Positions 11,415 through 23,672 of a stretch of DNA of 43,160 bases are shown here, one piece after another. A program made the position numbers and the translations under genes. The notes under the pieces are model-generated. The model saw nothing but the letters and a program-made list of their open reading frames with translations. It ran no database searches and was not told where the DNA came from. Each line of letters starts with the position of its first letter. Positions within the stretch are counted from its first letter, which is position 1. This DNA is from Catajapyx aquilonaris (taxonomy: Eukaryota): the NCBI GenBank assembly GCA_000934665.2, contig JYFJ02003420.1:1-43160 (forward strand), read 5' to 3'.

Positions 11415-12289
11415 TACGTAGGTTCTCCATATAAATCCCTGAAAGTTGCGTTCCTCTGCTATCGAATATAGACAGCATACACACAAAAGTGCACTGCTAT
11501 CGAACTTGCAGGGTAGCCTACTTGTAACGTAGCAGGACTGTGAGTCAACTCTATACCTGAACACTTCTATCAAAGCAACTTTGAACTTGGGAAGGAGATA
11601 GGGTGGATGTCTATCCCAAAAGTGACTGCTATTCAAGGGGTGGCTCTAGGCCTCTCACACTTGGATGGAAGCATCTGCTTACTGTACCTTTAGGCCAAGA
11701 CAGAAGTACTGGTACACTTCTATTTGTTTCAGAGTTTACAATGGAATAATCTTATAGTCCGGCGGTCAGTAGCTACTCATGCCATATTATTAGAGAAGCA
11801 AATTAGTCCCAGCCGGCACTCTATTTGCCAGTTCGTCACTCCTCTCAAATCACGTCGCGCCCCACAGGGTCATCAGGTCACAACATGTCCGTCGGAACCA
11901 TCAGCTGTTCCCATCACCTCACCACTTACTTCCCTGGCAGAAACCATCTCCGGCCCGAAAATGTGACGTAAAACACCAGAGATAGAGACACCTTGCCCGG
12001 CACGTTACGTCGGCCCAACTAATAGTGTCATTTCCCGCTGTGACGAAATGGGGGAGCACTGTATGTCCTGTCCAACACCCCTCTTCCCCCACAGGTTTTA
12101 TTGGCCACCTCAGTCTCTCTAGTAGATTGGCGGCTACGCCCTTTGGACCATATCTGAGGGATAAGAGATGGGGGGGGNGGGGGGGGGGGGGGGGGGCTGT
12201 GGGTGCGGAAGTACGCTGCTGCCGTGTAGTTGAACACAGAGTCGGATCGATTGCACCGGGACGACGCCGCACCCAGGACGCCACAGCGC

Positions 12290-12361
12290 ATGGGCGCATT
12301 TGGCGGCCTCTGGGCTCGTCTTTATCAAGTGCGGAATCCGGATCAGGCCCGCGAAAAGAGG
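12290..12361 (+). CDS. Candidate first coding exon (MGAFGGLWARLYQVRNPDQAREKR, phase 0)
   Basis: ATG in a CpG-rich island downstream of two ATTGG boxes, a poly-G tract and CGGAAGT. Donor AGG|GTAGGA is only moderate. No homology confirmed. Confidence 0.25.
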
Positions 12362-14855
12362 GTAGGATTCCTCAAACCAGTTCATTTTAGAAATGCACGC
12401 GAGATATTTACCGTGTCGACTTCAAAGGATGCAGCCACGACATATATATTCTGGAAGCTTGCATTGTCTGCACTCTGATCCTGGCGGCTAGCATACTCAT
12501 TGTTTATGCCAAGAAAACATGTTGTTTATCTCAATTTGTATTTCTGTACTTCAAGCGCTCGTGTCCATTGGTTGTGGTTCATGTAGAAAGTTCATGTAGA
12601 GTGTATTATAATTTTATGTATGCAGTACCCCCCCCCCTCCCCCAATCTCGTGTGTGCATGTGTAGGGGTGAGCCGGACAGAAAATATCTGGTCTAGCGGG
12701 ACATATGTCCGAGTATGATCCCCATTTACTTGTAGGCCTAATATGATCGAACTGCATAGGCAGTATACTTACTGTAGGCTACATGTCTCTGTAAAAATAT
12801 TTAGCATTGCACAGTTTAAACATTCATATCTTAGATCGTCGCAGGTTTTTGGTTTTTGAGTTGTGCCGTGTACAAAAAAGTGTAGCAAAATTTTTAAAGG
12901 CGTCATCATATTCTCCAATGGTGTTAGGTCCATGTGTCGGAATTAACAGCTGCATTTACCCGTATCCTTAGCAATTCTGAGCGTCATTTGTAAAATCGAT
13001 TTGGATCACAAAGAGATTAATTATCTGGCTAAATTATTAGCTCTATATATTATGACTGGTTCTTTGGCGCATGGCAGCAATTAAGAGCACCTGATGAGCC
13101 CGCGGTACAAACGATACTCGGATGAAATTGCAACCCATGCAAATGACTCTGAAGGCGAACTGTAATTGGCCAAGGGAACACTCATCAAGCGTCTTGGAAA
13201 AGTCCCAGCAGCTCTAGTCCACCAGTTGCTTTGCTTACATCACCACAACTTGTTGCTATCTTGTACGTACAGTATATATGTGTGTGCGTATGGCTGGAGA
13301 CAACGCCCATCAACATGAATCAAGTCTTGCGAAAAACAAAAAAAATGCCATCTCTCTGGCTGTGTTCCAAACGGTCATGAATAATACATTCGAGTCACAA
13401 AGCTTTTGGGCATTCATTTGTGCCAGGTTTGTAATATTTAGGCATTAGCATGCGTTGAGGCGTGAACGGTTGAACAACTGAGGCGGCAAGATTTGATCTG
13501 GACACCTTTTAAGAAGGCATATTAATACTGGAGGTGCCAGCGGCTGACAACCCCGCCGCCATCTTTGATCTAGTGACGCCACTTAAACAGGAATACAGTT
13601 CGATGAGAGTCTAGACACTTGTGTGTACTTGTGAGTGTTGTACTAATGACACCACTGGAGCTACTGCACTGTACTGTGAGTGCATGGCCCCTGGTATTCA
13701 TTACAAGGGAGACCTTCGCCGTATGGGGTTGGTGCATAATAAATCAGCGAGAATGAGAGGCTGCCATTAAGCGGCTTTGTCAGGATCTGCGCCGTCACCC
13801 GATTGTGACCTGCGGCCTCACAGAGGACGTAAGTGCAAAAGTGCATTGAAGTGGACAAGGGGTGATTACTCTGTGATTGGTTCGTCTCCAGGGAGTTCCG
13901 ACGAAATATCAGAACCCTGCTAAGCCTCACCGGATTCTTTGTGTTACTCTGGAGATTCCTGTTGGTTATATGCGTTCCATCTGCCCCACTTGTGCTCAAT
14001 TCTGGGAGAGTAATAATATTTTTTCTCGGGGAAATATTTGTTCCACAATGCTACCGTCGCAGACGTAATAAATGGCTATCTGAAACCGACCATCCTCATA
14101 TTCTATACTGTGGCAGAGTACAGGCGAACTATTTGTGCCCCCATTCTAGTGTCATTGATTTTTTTCTCTTTACAATAAGGAGCAACGAAAATATTTCCGA
14201 TGAGCGGTTTTCCATCATAATACTGTGTTATAATTGACGTGGAAGTATTAGTTATCGAATTTTTGGCAATGAGTGTGAGTACTTCAACAGTTACTTCTGG
14301 GGGCTATCCAAAAATTTTACTGCTAATGTTTGGTTGAATGGGTAGGCTACAGGCCTGGGTCTTTAATTATCAGGCTTGGGAATGCCCCACATGGAATCCA
14401 CTGGCATATGATCGAGGTCATTGTTGAGGCTCTTTATTTATCTTTGGAGGCTTGCACACCCAATCTTCCCGCCGTTCAAGCCACCCATATTCCCCCAAAT
14501 ACCAGTATTAGAGGTGAATATATTTTACAATCCGGAATAACATGCAACTCTCATAATGTCATAAACCGTTAATATGCAGAAAGCACCAAACAAAGATTGG
14601 CAATTCAAATTTCAAATTGTCACCTAGAGCCCATTGTATACTGAGAGTAAACGGTACATCAGACTGACGTCCATATTATAATATCGTCACTCCCGAAAAT
14701 AGAGCCTAATTCCCCAATGCCGCATGCTAATTTATCGATTTATCCCCGGCTATAATTATACAAAGAGCCACCAAAATCGGCTCAGATCCGTATTGATGAA
14801 AATGTTGCTTATACACCTAAATCAAGGTGCCACCTTAATTTAATGCTGTGGTAGG

Positions 14856-15171
14856 CCCGAAAGACCGTCGACGCTCGACCTTTGACATCGACGATGTCCA
14901 TCCTAACAAGTAGTATGGATACCCCCGTGCAATCGTGCATCCCTGTATTGCTGGTTGCCAGTTCCAGGCACTATCACTCCTACACCATTGCCTGACCCCG
15001 GCAACCAGCGATGCAGGCGTGTACGGGGGTATCCTTACTATTTGTCAGGATAGATATCGTCGATGTTAACGTCGCGCGTCGTCGCCGGCCTTTCGAATTC
15101 ATGCCATGCTTATTCCATGTTCACCCGCTACCACCCGTATCATTTTGACAGACGAATTCGTGACCACTCTG
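14856..15171. mobile_element. MITE, left-truncated copy of the 20136-20553 family
   Basis: Shares catcgacgatgtc..ggatacccccgt..ttgctggttgcc and the right end gacgaattcgtgaccactctg|TA. Confidence 0.88.
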
Positions 15172-17013
15172 TATATTTCAGATTCTGAAGTTTCTGTCTA
15201 AAATAGGCCTACTCGTAATATTACAGAGGGCACTAAAAGCTTATTATGAAAAATATCCGGGCATAAGTCTTTTCAGGTGGCCTCTGCAGCACACTTTCGT
15301 TCTTTTCGAATCATGTAAACAAACTCCAGGTTCCTTCGACACACACAACTGCGGCTATTTCTTACCCGAAGCAAGGCCTGGGCTAGTTCCCAATGGTTTT
15401 CTTACGACGACAGTAGATGTCCCTGAAAGTAGTACTATCGGGTAGTCAATCCTTGAGCGATGTAGGCTCGTAAACGTCCCTTGGAGGGTTCGATTTGGAA
15501 TCAGCGCCTCCTGTCGATTGCCTGCTGCCTTCTGGCGCCCAATTATAACAGGTCTATAGAAACACAAAAAAGAAGGTCGGCTATTTAGTGGCTATATCGG
15601 CAACTGCCTGCGAATGGGGGATAATTAACAGAGGCTAATAAGCAGTCGGATGGGGAACCGTATATTATAAGGGCCAAGGGGTCGTTGGGAGAGGAAAATA
15701 AAGCAATCGGACAGGCGGGGAAGGTCAACGGGGGCAAGTTGTGCCCAGGGAAGTAAAGCACCACTGACACCCAGACCATTATGCAAATGGACTTCCCCCA
15801 AGTGCGGGACAATTTTAGAGCGTGGGGTTATTCAGCAGAGTCGGTGCGTGTCAGGGCAGCCATATTGGACACATGCCAATTCATCATGCGGCGTTACGCA
15901 CTATCAATGTTGAAAAATGGACATTATGTACACAAAATACCTCAGAAGGGTCATGAATACACAAACGTTGTCGTTTTCGATGCGCATGGGTACTTGCAGT
16001 ATAGCTTACATGTATCATTTTTTTGGGATAGGTGTATTAGAAAATCCCTTATGTGTTACTTATAACTATAATTTTTAAATTTTTTAAATCATCAGTATAG
16101 GAATAGTCCACACCGCTCCAACCCTAATCGTCATATCGTCGATGGGATTAAATATTGACGGTGACACTTCAAACATTGACAGTGGATACATCAATATAAC
16201 ATAGTCGACACAGACGTATCCAGACAAAAAAACTACGCGATTTGCAAGTGGAAAAATTCCACGGCCTCGATTTTGCCCGGAATTAAAATATTCTAAACCC
16301 GTGTGTTATGAATAGGGGGAAGTCGCGTCAGTTATTTTAAAATGATGACACAAGTTTTATTCGTGTATTATAATGATGGTAGACTACTATTGGGTTTTAA
16401 AGCAGACTATCATTAGGTTATTGATTATTGGTCGTCGAAATTGTAACTTCACTGCTGTTATCGGTACCTACATTGACATGTCGTCATAGTGAGTATGAAT
16501 ATCGACACTCGAACACTCCAGTTTTGTTTTTCGATGCCGTGAGTGTTTATGCTTGTGGTCCTGATGTTAGCATTGCTTTTTTAACTGCGCGTTTACTGTA
16601 CCCTACATTATCATTACCTAGTTTACGTCCGTTAGCGCAGACTGCAAAAAGAAGCTTTAGCGTTTTTATGCACTTACTGTGGTTGACTTTTGTGGCACTT
16701 TAATGTCTTGAAATTGTAGAGCAAGTGAATAATATGAAAACCTGGAATGCAAAGCGGTCAGAGCGCATTTGCTTGACTTCGACATGCAATGGTGTGAAGT
16801 TTGATGATTGAATTGCCTTTCAAGAGATCAATATTATTTTCAAATATTTCTCTATGGGGCTGTCATTTCTCCATGAAAATATGACCTAACGTTCAGAAAT
16901 GACCCTTCAAGGCCTACATTACCAACGACTAGCGTAATTTTTAACAAAATGTGATCATTCGGAATCATAAATCTTTATACGTGACTTACTGATTCAGAAA
17001 ACATGGACAGTAT

Positions 17014-17271
17014 TTTTTATTTATTTATTTTATTTATTTTCATACCCCGTGCTCAGGCGTACGCCTGTATTGGGGGACACATACACACCCATTATTATTA
17101 TTATTATTATTATTATTTTGCAGTTTACACTTGTAATTACAAATTTGGCAAATTATCAGATGTTTAGAGGTTCCCGGATTACATTGAAAAGTTGATTCTT
17201 TTATTTACATTTGTGAAAAAAAGCATATAAACAAAAAATTTGGTTTTTTGTTAATCCTTCCAAAAGAAAAT
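17014..17271 (-). mobile_element. 5'-truncated retroposed insert (LINE 3' UTR or SINE tail)
   Basis: Perfect 17-bp TSD gaaaacatggacagtat at 16997-17013 and 17272-17288. A-rich (AAAT)n tail and a 3' stem-loop on the minus strand. Internal (TTA)n. Confidence 0.85.
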
Positions 17272-17593
17272 GAAAACATGGACAGTATACAATGTGTCTG
17301 TGAGATTTTTAAATATTGCATAAGAGCACGAATACCGAACCTCTACACTGTATAGTTTCGACTTGTTATCCTTATTGCCACAAAATTCGACAGTATCCTA
17401 TTGCACCAGTCAAAAAGTACCAGTACTTGCAATAATTATTTATCATATTTTGCATAATTAATGCGGTAGTGCACAGGCAGCCGCCGACTTACGTAGCCTC
17501 GACTTACGTAGATCAGGACTTACGCAAAATTTTTGTACATGCAAAAGAACCTACCTAACATAAAATGCTGCCTACTGCGAGGAAACATGTTAA

Positions 17594-18264
17594 GAGGAAA
17601 CCCAGTTCGCAGCAGCCATAAGGAGTGGTATCAGTTGACATTTTATTTCATGTCATTGTGCGCTTGTTAATTCTAGTAACGCCATGAAATTTTTTGGAGT
17701 GCCCTTCAATGTCCGCCATAGCTACCTGGATTCGAGTTACTTAGTTACGAAAAATGCGAAGCAGAGGAGTGAAAATAAATCGCGAAGTTAGGGTCGAATT
17801 GTGCATTTTTCCATTTCATCACGATAATGACGCCTGAAGTCTGTCCTTCAAATATGTGCATCCATGTGTTGTGATGGTGTGCCTGGCTTGACGTAGAAGT
17901 TTTAAAAATTAGTGATACATTTTGATTGAATAGCCAAAATGTATCACTAATTTTTAAAACTTCTACGTGAAGCCAGGCACACCATCACAACACATGGATA
18001 CACATATTTGAAGGACAGACTTCAGGCGTCATTATCGTGATGAAGTGGAAAAATGCACAATTCGACCCTAACTTCGCGATTTATTTTCACTCCTCTGCTT
18101 CGCATTTTTCGTAACTAAGTAACTCGAATCCAGGTAGCTATGGCGGACATTGAAGGGCACTCCAAAAAATTTCATGGCGTTACTAGAATTAACAAGCGCA
18201 CAATGACATGAAATAAAATGTCAACTGATACCACTTCTATGGCTGCTGCGAACTGGGTTTCCTC
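17594..18264. mobile_element. Near-perfect 671-bp palindromic MITE, Kolobok-type
   Basis: TTAA|GAGGAAACCCAGT...ACTGGGTTTCCTC|TTAA. Arms 17594-17924 and 17935-18264 differ at about 5 positions, with a 10-nt spacer. A TTAA TSD with purine-purine 5' termini fits Kolobok rather than piggyBac (CC..GG). Confidence 0.88.
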
Positions 18265-18436
18265 TTAAATTTAGACACGGGGACACTCGAACTTGCGCGC
18301 CGAGACTCATTTCCTCAGTCACAGTTTCCAGGTGACAGACTTTTGCTATCCGATTCTGGGCATCGCGGGGAATCCCTTATCGCTCGTTACGCCCTCAATA
18401 GAAAACGACAATGATTATATTCCAGTGTGGATGTAA

Positions 18437-18698
18437 TAATAATGGATACCCCGTGATAAGCCTTCTTGGGCTTTTTAGGGGATCGTCTTTTTAATTGACC
18501 GACTTTAATCATTGCCTATGTTGTGATGGATTTTGATTGCGGGTGGAAACGGGAGAACCCCGAGAAAACCTACGCGAACACGGAGATAACCCATCGAAAC
18601 TCTATCCACGTAAGTATCCTTTGCGCGATCCGGGGATCGAGCTCGGGACCTTAGAGGTGGAAGGCTGCGGCGCTAACCACTACACCACCGTGTCGCCC
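18437..18698 (-). mobile_element. tRNA-derived SINE (family C) with a V-domain-like core
   Basis: Minus strand: A box TGGTGTAGTGG, B-box-like GAGCTCGATCCC, core gtgttcgcgtaggttttctcggggttctcccgtttcc, (TTA)n tail. TSD tccaRtRtggatgtaa at 18421-18436 and 18699-18714. Confidence 0.9.
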
Positions 18699-20135
18699 TC
18701 CAATATGGATGTAAGAGGTACAGTAAACTGTAGGCTATATGCCTACTAAAGAAAAGATTCCGAGTTACGCGAAATTCCAATTACGTGTAACGTTGCCGCA
18801 CGATCCATTTACGTACGTCTCATCGCGTCGGGAGCATGCTGCCTGTAGTCCTTTGCCCTTTTTGAATTTTGTTTAGAATATGTCTGCGTTATAGATCAAG
18901 TAAGTGTCATACAGCGCTCATTTCTTTTTCAGTTTCCCCCAGCAGGTTCCCAATGGAAAAAGCACGTATATCTCAATTAACGCCTGACAAACACAATTCC
19001 TCCTAATTGTGCTCCATCACAGCACGTTGACCACATGGGTGGCGCATAATTTTGTTTTTTCACTCTTGTTTACCACCTCCATTTTGACCCCAAAGGCTCG
19101 CCGACTCCCTCTGAAAGGGTGTGTGGGTGTTTGTGTGTGTATTGGAGGGGGTTCTGAACAGTCCTTGAGTGTATCACACCACAATGAGGAAGGAGCTTGT
19201 CATTGTGAGGTATTTTTCCACTATGCCTAAATAATAGTGAACACACCTACTCAAGATGCAGGTATAAAACTCACAAAAGGTTACCTCTCACTCTCAGTGG
19301 AAATGAAAGTCAGGTTATGTTAACCTTAGTGTATACTGTATTTTCAGCAATGGTTAAGTACGTTAGGATTTATTTGTATAAGTGAAGAGGATAGGTGTTT
19401 CTCTCTATGTGCACTCTAGGTGCGTCAGTGGATGTGCGTCGCTATGGTAGGGGGTTTGTGTGTCCACGCTTCATTTAACAGCCTCCATATGATGCTGGCT
19501 GGGGAAATACAAAATGGGGTTCGTTAAGAGTCTTTCTTCAACCCTGCGTTCGTGCCTTCTATTTGAAGCTGGAAATAATAAAATACAGAGGCATGACTTT
19601 CAAATAACTTCTCGGGATATCGTTTGCTGCCTGCTATTTTTCCACGCTTTCCCCCCTCCCCTCCCCCCTCCCCTCCTCAATCTCTCCCATCGCAATATTC
19701 CAGAGCTTCCAATTGATTTTTCTTTCCCCTGATAGAACCATTTTTTATTTTCCTTTCTCTGGAGCTGGTTTTTCCCTCCGCAACGACGCTTGATGTTTTC
19801 TTTTTGAGGATGGCCGATTACAAAGCGTGGAAGAAGTGCGGTATGCCTATTCAGTGAATAAATATTACAGATATTCAGATATTCAGGAAGCTATTCATGA
19901 CTCGGGTTTTGTATGTCAGCTATAAAAGTGTGCTATGGCAGTGTTTTTTTCTGTGCAATTTTGAATTGATGATTGACTGGAGTACCAGATGCAAGTGACA
20001 GTACCACGTGTGGAAAGTCAAAGGCGTGATAGTCAGGCCATCAACGTGTGGCAGCACGTCAACAATCGACACGTTTACAGGAGAATGACTAAACGTCCAT
20101 AACCGTTAACATCTTTCGGGGTAGTATAGTCCATA

Positions 20136-20553
20136 GAGCGTGTTCACGAATTCATCTGCCAAAATGATGCGGGTCGTAGGGAATGCTTATGAAAGAGGCA
20201 TGGCATGGGTCCGAAAGGCCGGCGACGATTCGTTTTGGAGAAATCGACATTTGGCATCGACGATGTCTATCCTGAAAAGTGTGGATACCCCCGTACATGC
20301 CTGCATTGCTGGTTGCCAGGGTCAGGATCTCGCACTCCCAGACCGTTGCTCAACCGACTAACCCCGGCACCCAGCGATGCAGGTATGCACGGTAGTATCC
20401 ACACTTGTCAGGATAGACATCGTCGATGCCAAATGTCGACATCTCCTAGACGTAGCGACGACGACGGCCTTTCGGGACGATCATGCCGTGCTTCTTCCAC
20501 GCTCACCCCCTACCAATCGCAGCATTTTGGCAGACGAATTCATGAAGACGCTG
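20136..20553. mobile_element. Tc1/mariner-type MITE, almost fully palindromic
   Basis: TA|GAGCGTGTTCACGAATTCATCTGCCAAAATG...CATTTTGGCAGACGAATTCATGAAGACGCTG|TA. Second copy at 14856-15171. Confidence 0.9.
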
Positions 20554-22451
20554 TATATTCGAAGAAATACCACATAATTATCAATGTTTCCAGCGAAGTA
20601 ACACATGACTAACTAATCAAAGTATCAGAGGTTTACCTTCTAAATATGGCAGTAATTGCATTTCAGTTACGCGATGCATCTCACAGGATTTGTGCTCGGT
20701 TCACGTAACATTGTTTTGTGCACTCAAAATTTGTTATCAAGATCTGTTTGAAACATTCCATCATTACTCCTAACTGCTACCTGCAGCGCTCTTTTATGGT
20801 TGGTTGGCTTACTGAATCACATATATAATAAATCACAGAATGACGTGACTAACTTGACGACTTGTCATTCTAAGATTCGCAAATAAGTTGTCGAAGAGTT
20901 GGGGGGGGAGGGCAAGGGGCACCATCGGGTATTGATTTGGCAATAAAATCGGTAGAAAGTGCTCCAGTTTTCATCTCTTTCCGATTTAAAGTAGCGGTAT
21001 GACACGCAGAAGATGGCTGTAGAAATGCCCTATAAATAGTGACTCCTGACTTTTAAACAGGCAGTTAAACCAGGCCGGAAACATCGAAAATCAATTACTC
21101 TGACAGCCTGCATGACAGCACGCCGAATTATCCAACGTGGCTCTCATCACCTCTCTTTAGACAATAATAGCAGGCACACTACTACAATCATAATTATACT
21201 GTACACTCGCAACATTGGCAACCAATACGTCCACAGACTAAATGACGTTAACTTAAAGGATCTCGATATTCAATTATGATTAACGTTCATCGATGAGATC
21301 AATATTTCTATAGACAATAAAAGGCTGGCCATTTATTTATTTCCCAATATACCATACAAGTAGTAAAACATCTGATATCAGTATTGATGCTGTGCACGCT
21401 AACGTTATGAATCAGTGTGTCCGTGTTACTATTTGTGATGTGTTTGAATCATTTCTTATGCAATTGACTTAACTGAGTAGGCCTATTATTATGCAGAAAT
21501 GAGCAGTGTATTCTACAGTACATGTATACCGATATATTGCACATGATCGCGAAGTTGTTAGTTTTTCCACCGTTCTTGTAAAATATATGATTTGTTTGCG
21601 TAACCTACTTCGATGCAATCCCACTGATTGGCTTGAACTGAAGCGTCCTCCATGAGATGAAGCACATGCCTTTATAACTGAATCACGTGACTCTTCTCTT
21701 TGTGATGGTCTCCCCCACTCCTCTCGGCTCCATTGGTAGACACATCAACACCGAAATGCCAGTCCCACACGCCGCTGCACAACGACAATGCCACCTTATT
21801 GGCGGATACATTTCGGCTTCCAACTTCCAAATGGGTTCGTTCTGAAGAGCATTACAGAATCATATATAGAAAAAAAAGGCTCGAGTTCAGGAGAACAAGG
21901 AATGTGGAAGTTTTTGGAAGGCGATGAAGTGGGCTGGATGAGCTACTTAATGGGGGGGGGGGGGGNTGGGTGTGCACTTGCCCCCCACCCCCCAAAATGC
22001 GGGCCCCATTCGTCTGGGCAAAATCCGGTGCTTGGGAAGAAGAAAAAAATTTCTCCGGCTTCTGGCCAAACGACCAGGATTCCCCATTAAGTTCATTTTC
22101 CAGAAGAACATCGCAAGACCCCCCCCCTGGATTTTCCAGCCCCGAACTTTATCCGGGCTGCTGGAGTCCAGTATTCTGGGCAAAGTTGCAAGGAAAAGAA
22201 CGAGGGTTGTAGTTTGGCCGCTACGTGATTTCGAGAGCGACCCTTTTGTTCGGGCCGACAGACATGAGAAAACGCTTTAACTACCCGTGCGGAATATTCA
22301 GAGGCAACCGGATTTTCCAAGGGTGCGGACGGTTACGGGGACAAAAATCTGGAGAGGGTGAGGGTGTACTTGGCACGAGCACGACGCGACGCGCGACGTC
22401 CCGGAATCCAAACCAAGGACGACCGAACAAAAATGTAGGACTAGAATCAAC

Positions 22452-22489
22452 ATGTATTGGGCACACTGCCATGGTGTGGCCAATTCCTG
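22452..22489 (+). CDS. Candidate alternative first coding exon (MYWAHCHGVANS + TG, phase 2)
   Basis: CAAC ATG start context, donor CTG|GTAAAT, at the 3' edge of a CpG-rich island. An alternative ATG at 22471 would give phase 1. Confidence 0.3.
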
Positions 22490-23577
22490 GTAAATGATCA
22501 GTTGCTAACCGAGTAAGCTACTTTTAATATTTAAAAGGTGACACCGCACCCATCCCGTTTGTGGAATGTCAACAACGTGGATGCAACGTCGCTGGTGACA
22601 CTGTGACAGCAAACATAAATGCGTCTGGATTGAATAAATATAATCAGAATATATGGATGCAGAATGGCTTGCTGTTACAGGACTGTCAGGAGATAACCAT
22701 CGCCGTATATGTCGCCATAATTCACTCCCTCGGGACGTTCGCACATTTAACATCCTGCATATGATAGGCGGCATCTGAAACACCTTATTTACATCAGATT
22801 TTGACGCTCTTAATGCCGATGCCGAGACTCTCTTTCACCCTGTGTACAAATGTTCTAACTTCCTGTCTGCATTCGACAGCGCAATCAAGTCAGATTCAAC
22901 AATACATACAAAGCAGTATTGAGACGTGCTAGCAGCAGTGCAGCTCCATACAAGCTATATGAATCAGGATATAATGGCAACCCTGGCAGTTGTTACAATG
23001 CTTTAGAGGTAGCTGCATTGCACTTGTATTCGTCCATGGTTCCTTGCTATTATTAATCTGTGTAGACCTAGTGATGGAGCATGTGAAGACGTACAAGTCC
23101 AGGCCCTGATGAAATCAATGGGACCCAAGCGAACGAGGCGGCCGGCAATAAAAGGAGTCCCGACCCGCTGACCTTGTCCCAAAAGGCGGCGGCCAACTTT
23201 TTGGTGAATGCGAGCCCCCAGGATCGATGTGAGCATGCACCACAGGCATCCCCTGCCATTGTGTCCAGCATGCGAGAGGGGGAAATGACCTCCACCAATT
23301 GGTTCCACCAACTAAATAAGGGAGTGTTGCGTCATCTGGACCAGTAATCAAATTGAGCGGCGCCGTTATGTAATTGAGCCTTGGAGCTGACTTTGATGAG
23401 AGTAAACCCACCCGCAAGGCTCGGATTATGTGCACCAGGCGTGGGTGCTGGATCCAATAGACAGGACTAGGTTGCTGCAAGCTAGGTACCGGTATTTGTT
23501 GCCAGAACAACGCCGTTTCCCCACCAGGTTAGAGCGGTTACATTCTTATATTTCCTTCCAAAATTTACCAGTCTGAT

Positions 23578-23672
23578 GCCTTGGTTGCACCAACAAAATT
23601 ACCGGTCCGATAGCTCCTAATGGACATCCATTAGGAGCTATCGGACCGGTAATTTTGTTGGTGCAACCAGGC
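23578..23672. repeat. Perfect short palindrome (43-bp arms, 2-nt spacer), probably an internally deleted MITE
   Basis: 23582-23624 and 23627-23669 are exact reverse complements (tggttgcaccaacaaaattaccggtccgatagctcctaatgga). Confidence 0.92.

Larger units (their letters stand above)
17474..18845. mobile_element. pogo/Tigger-like non-autonomous element (~420 bp) interrupted by two younger insertions
   Basis: Ends CAGGCAGCCGCCGACTTACG and GCTGCCTG|TA. Repeated gacttacg/gttacg subterminal motifs as in Tigger-type MITEs. TIR similarity is short and degenerate. Confidence 0.6.

Noticed and set aside
2972..15788. Three octamer ATGCAAAT sites (about 2972, 13137, 15781)
   Set aside because: Widely scattered and about what chance would give for an AT-rich 8-mer in 43 kb.
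19810..19846. Candidate exon MADYKAWKKC|gtatgc
   Set aside because: Weak donor, phase 1, and no supporting promoter evidence.
20140..20612. Overlapping ORFs of 66-135 aa
   Set aside because: They lie within a palindromic MITE and carry no transposase motifs.
21950..22210. Multiple overlapping ORFs after the poly-G tract
   Set aside because: They follow an N join and show many inflated homopolymers, suggesting low-quality read sequence.
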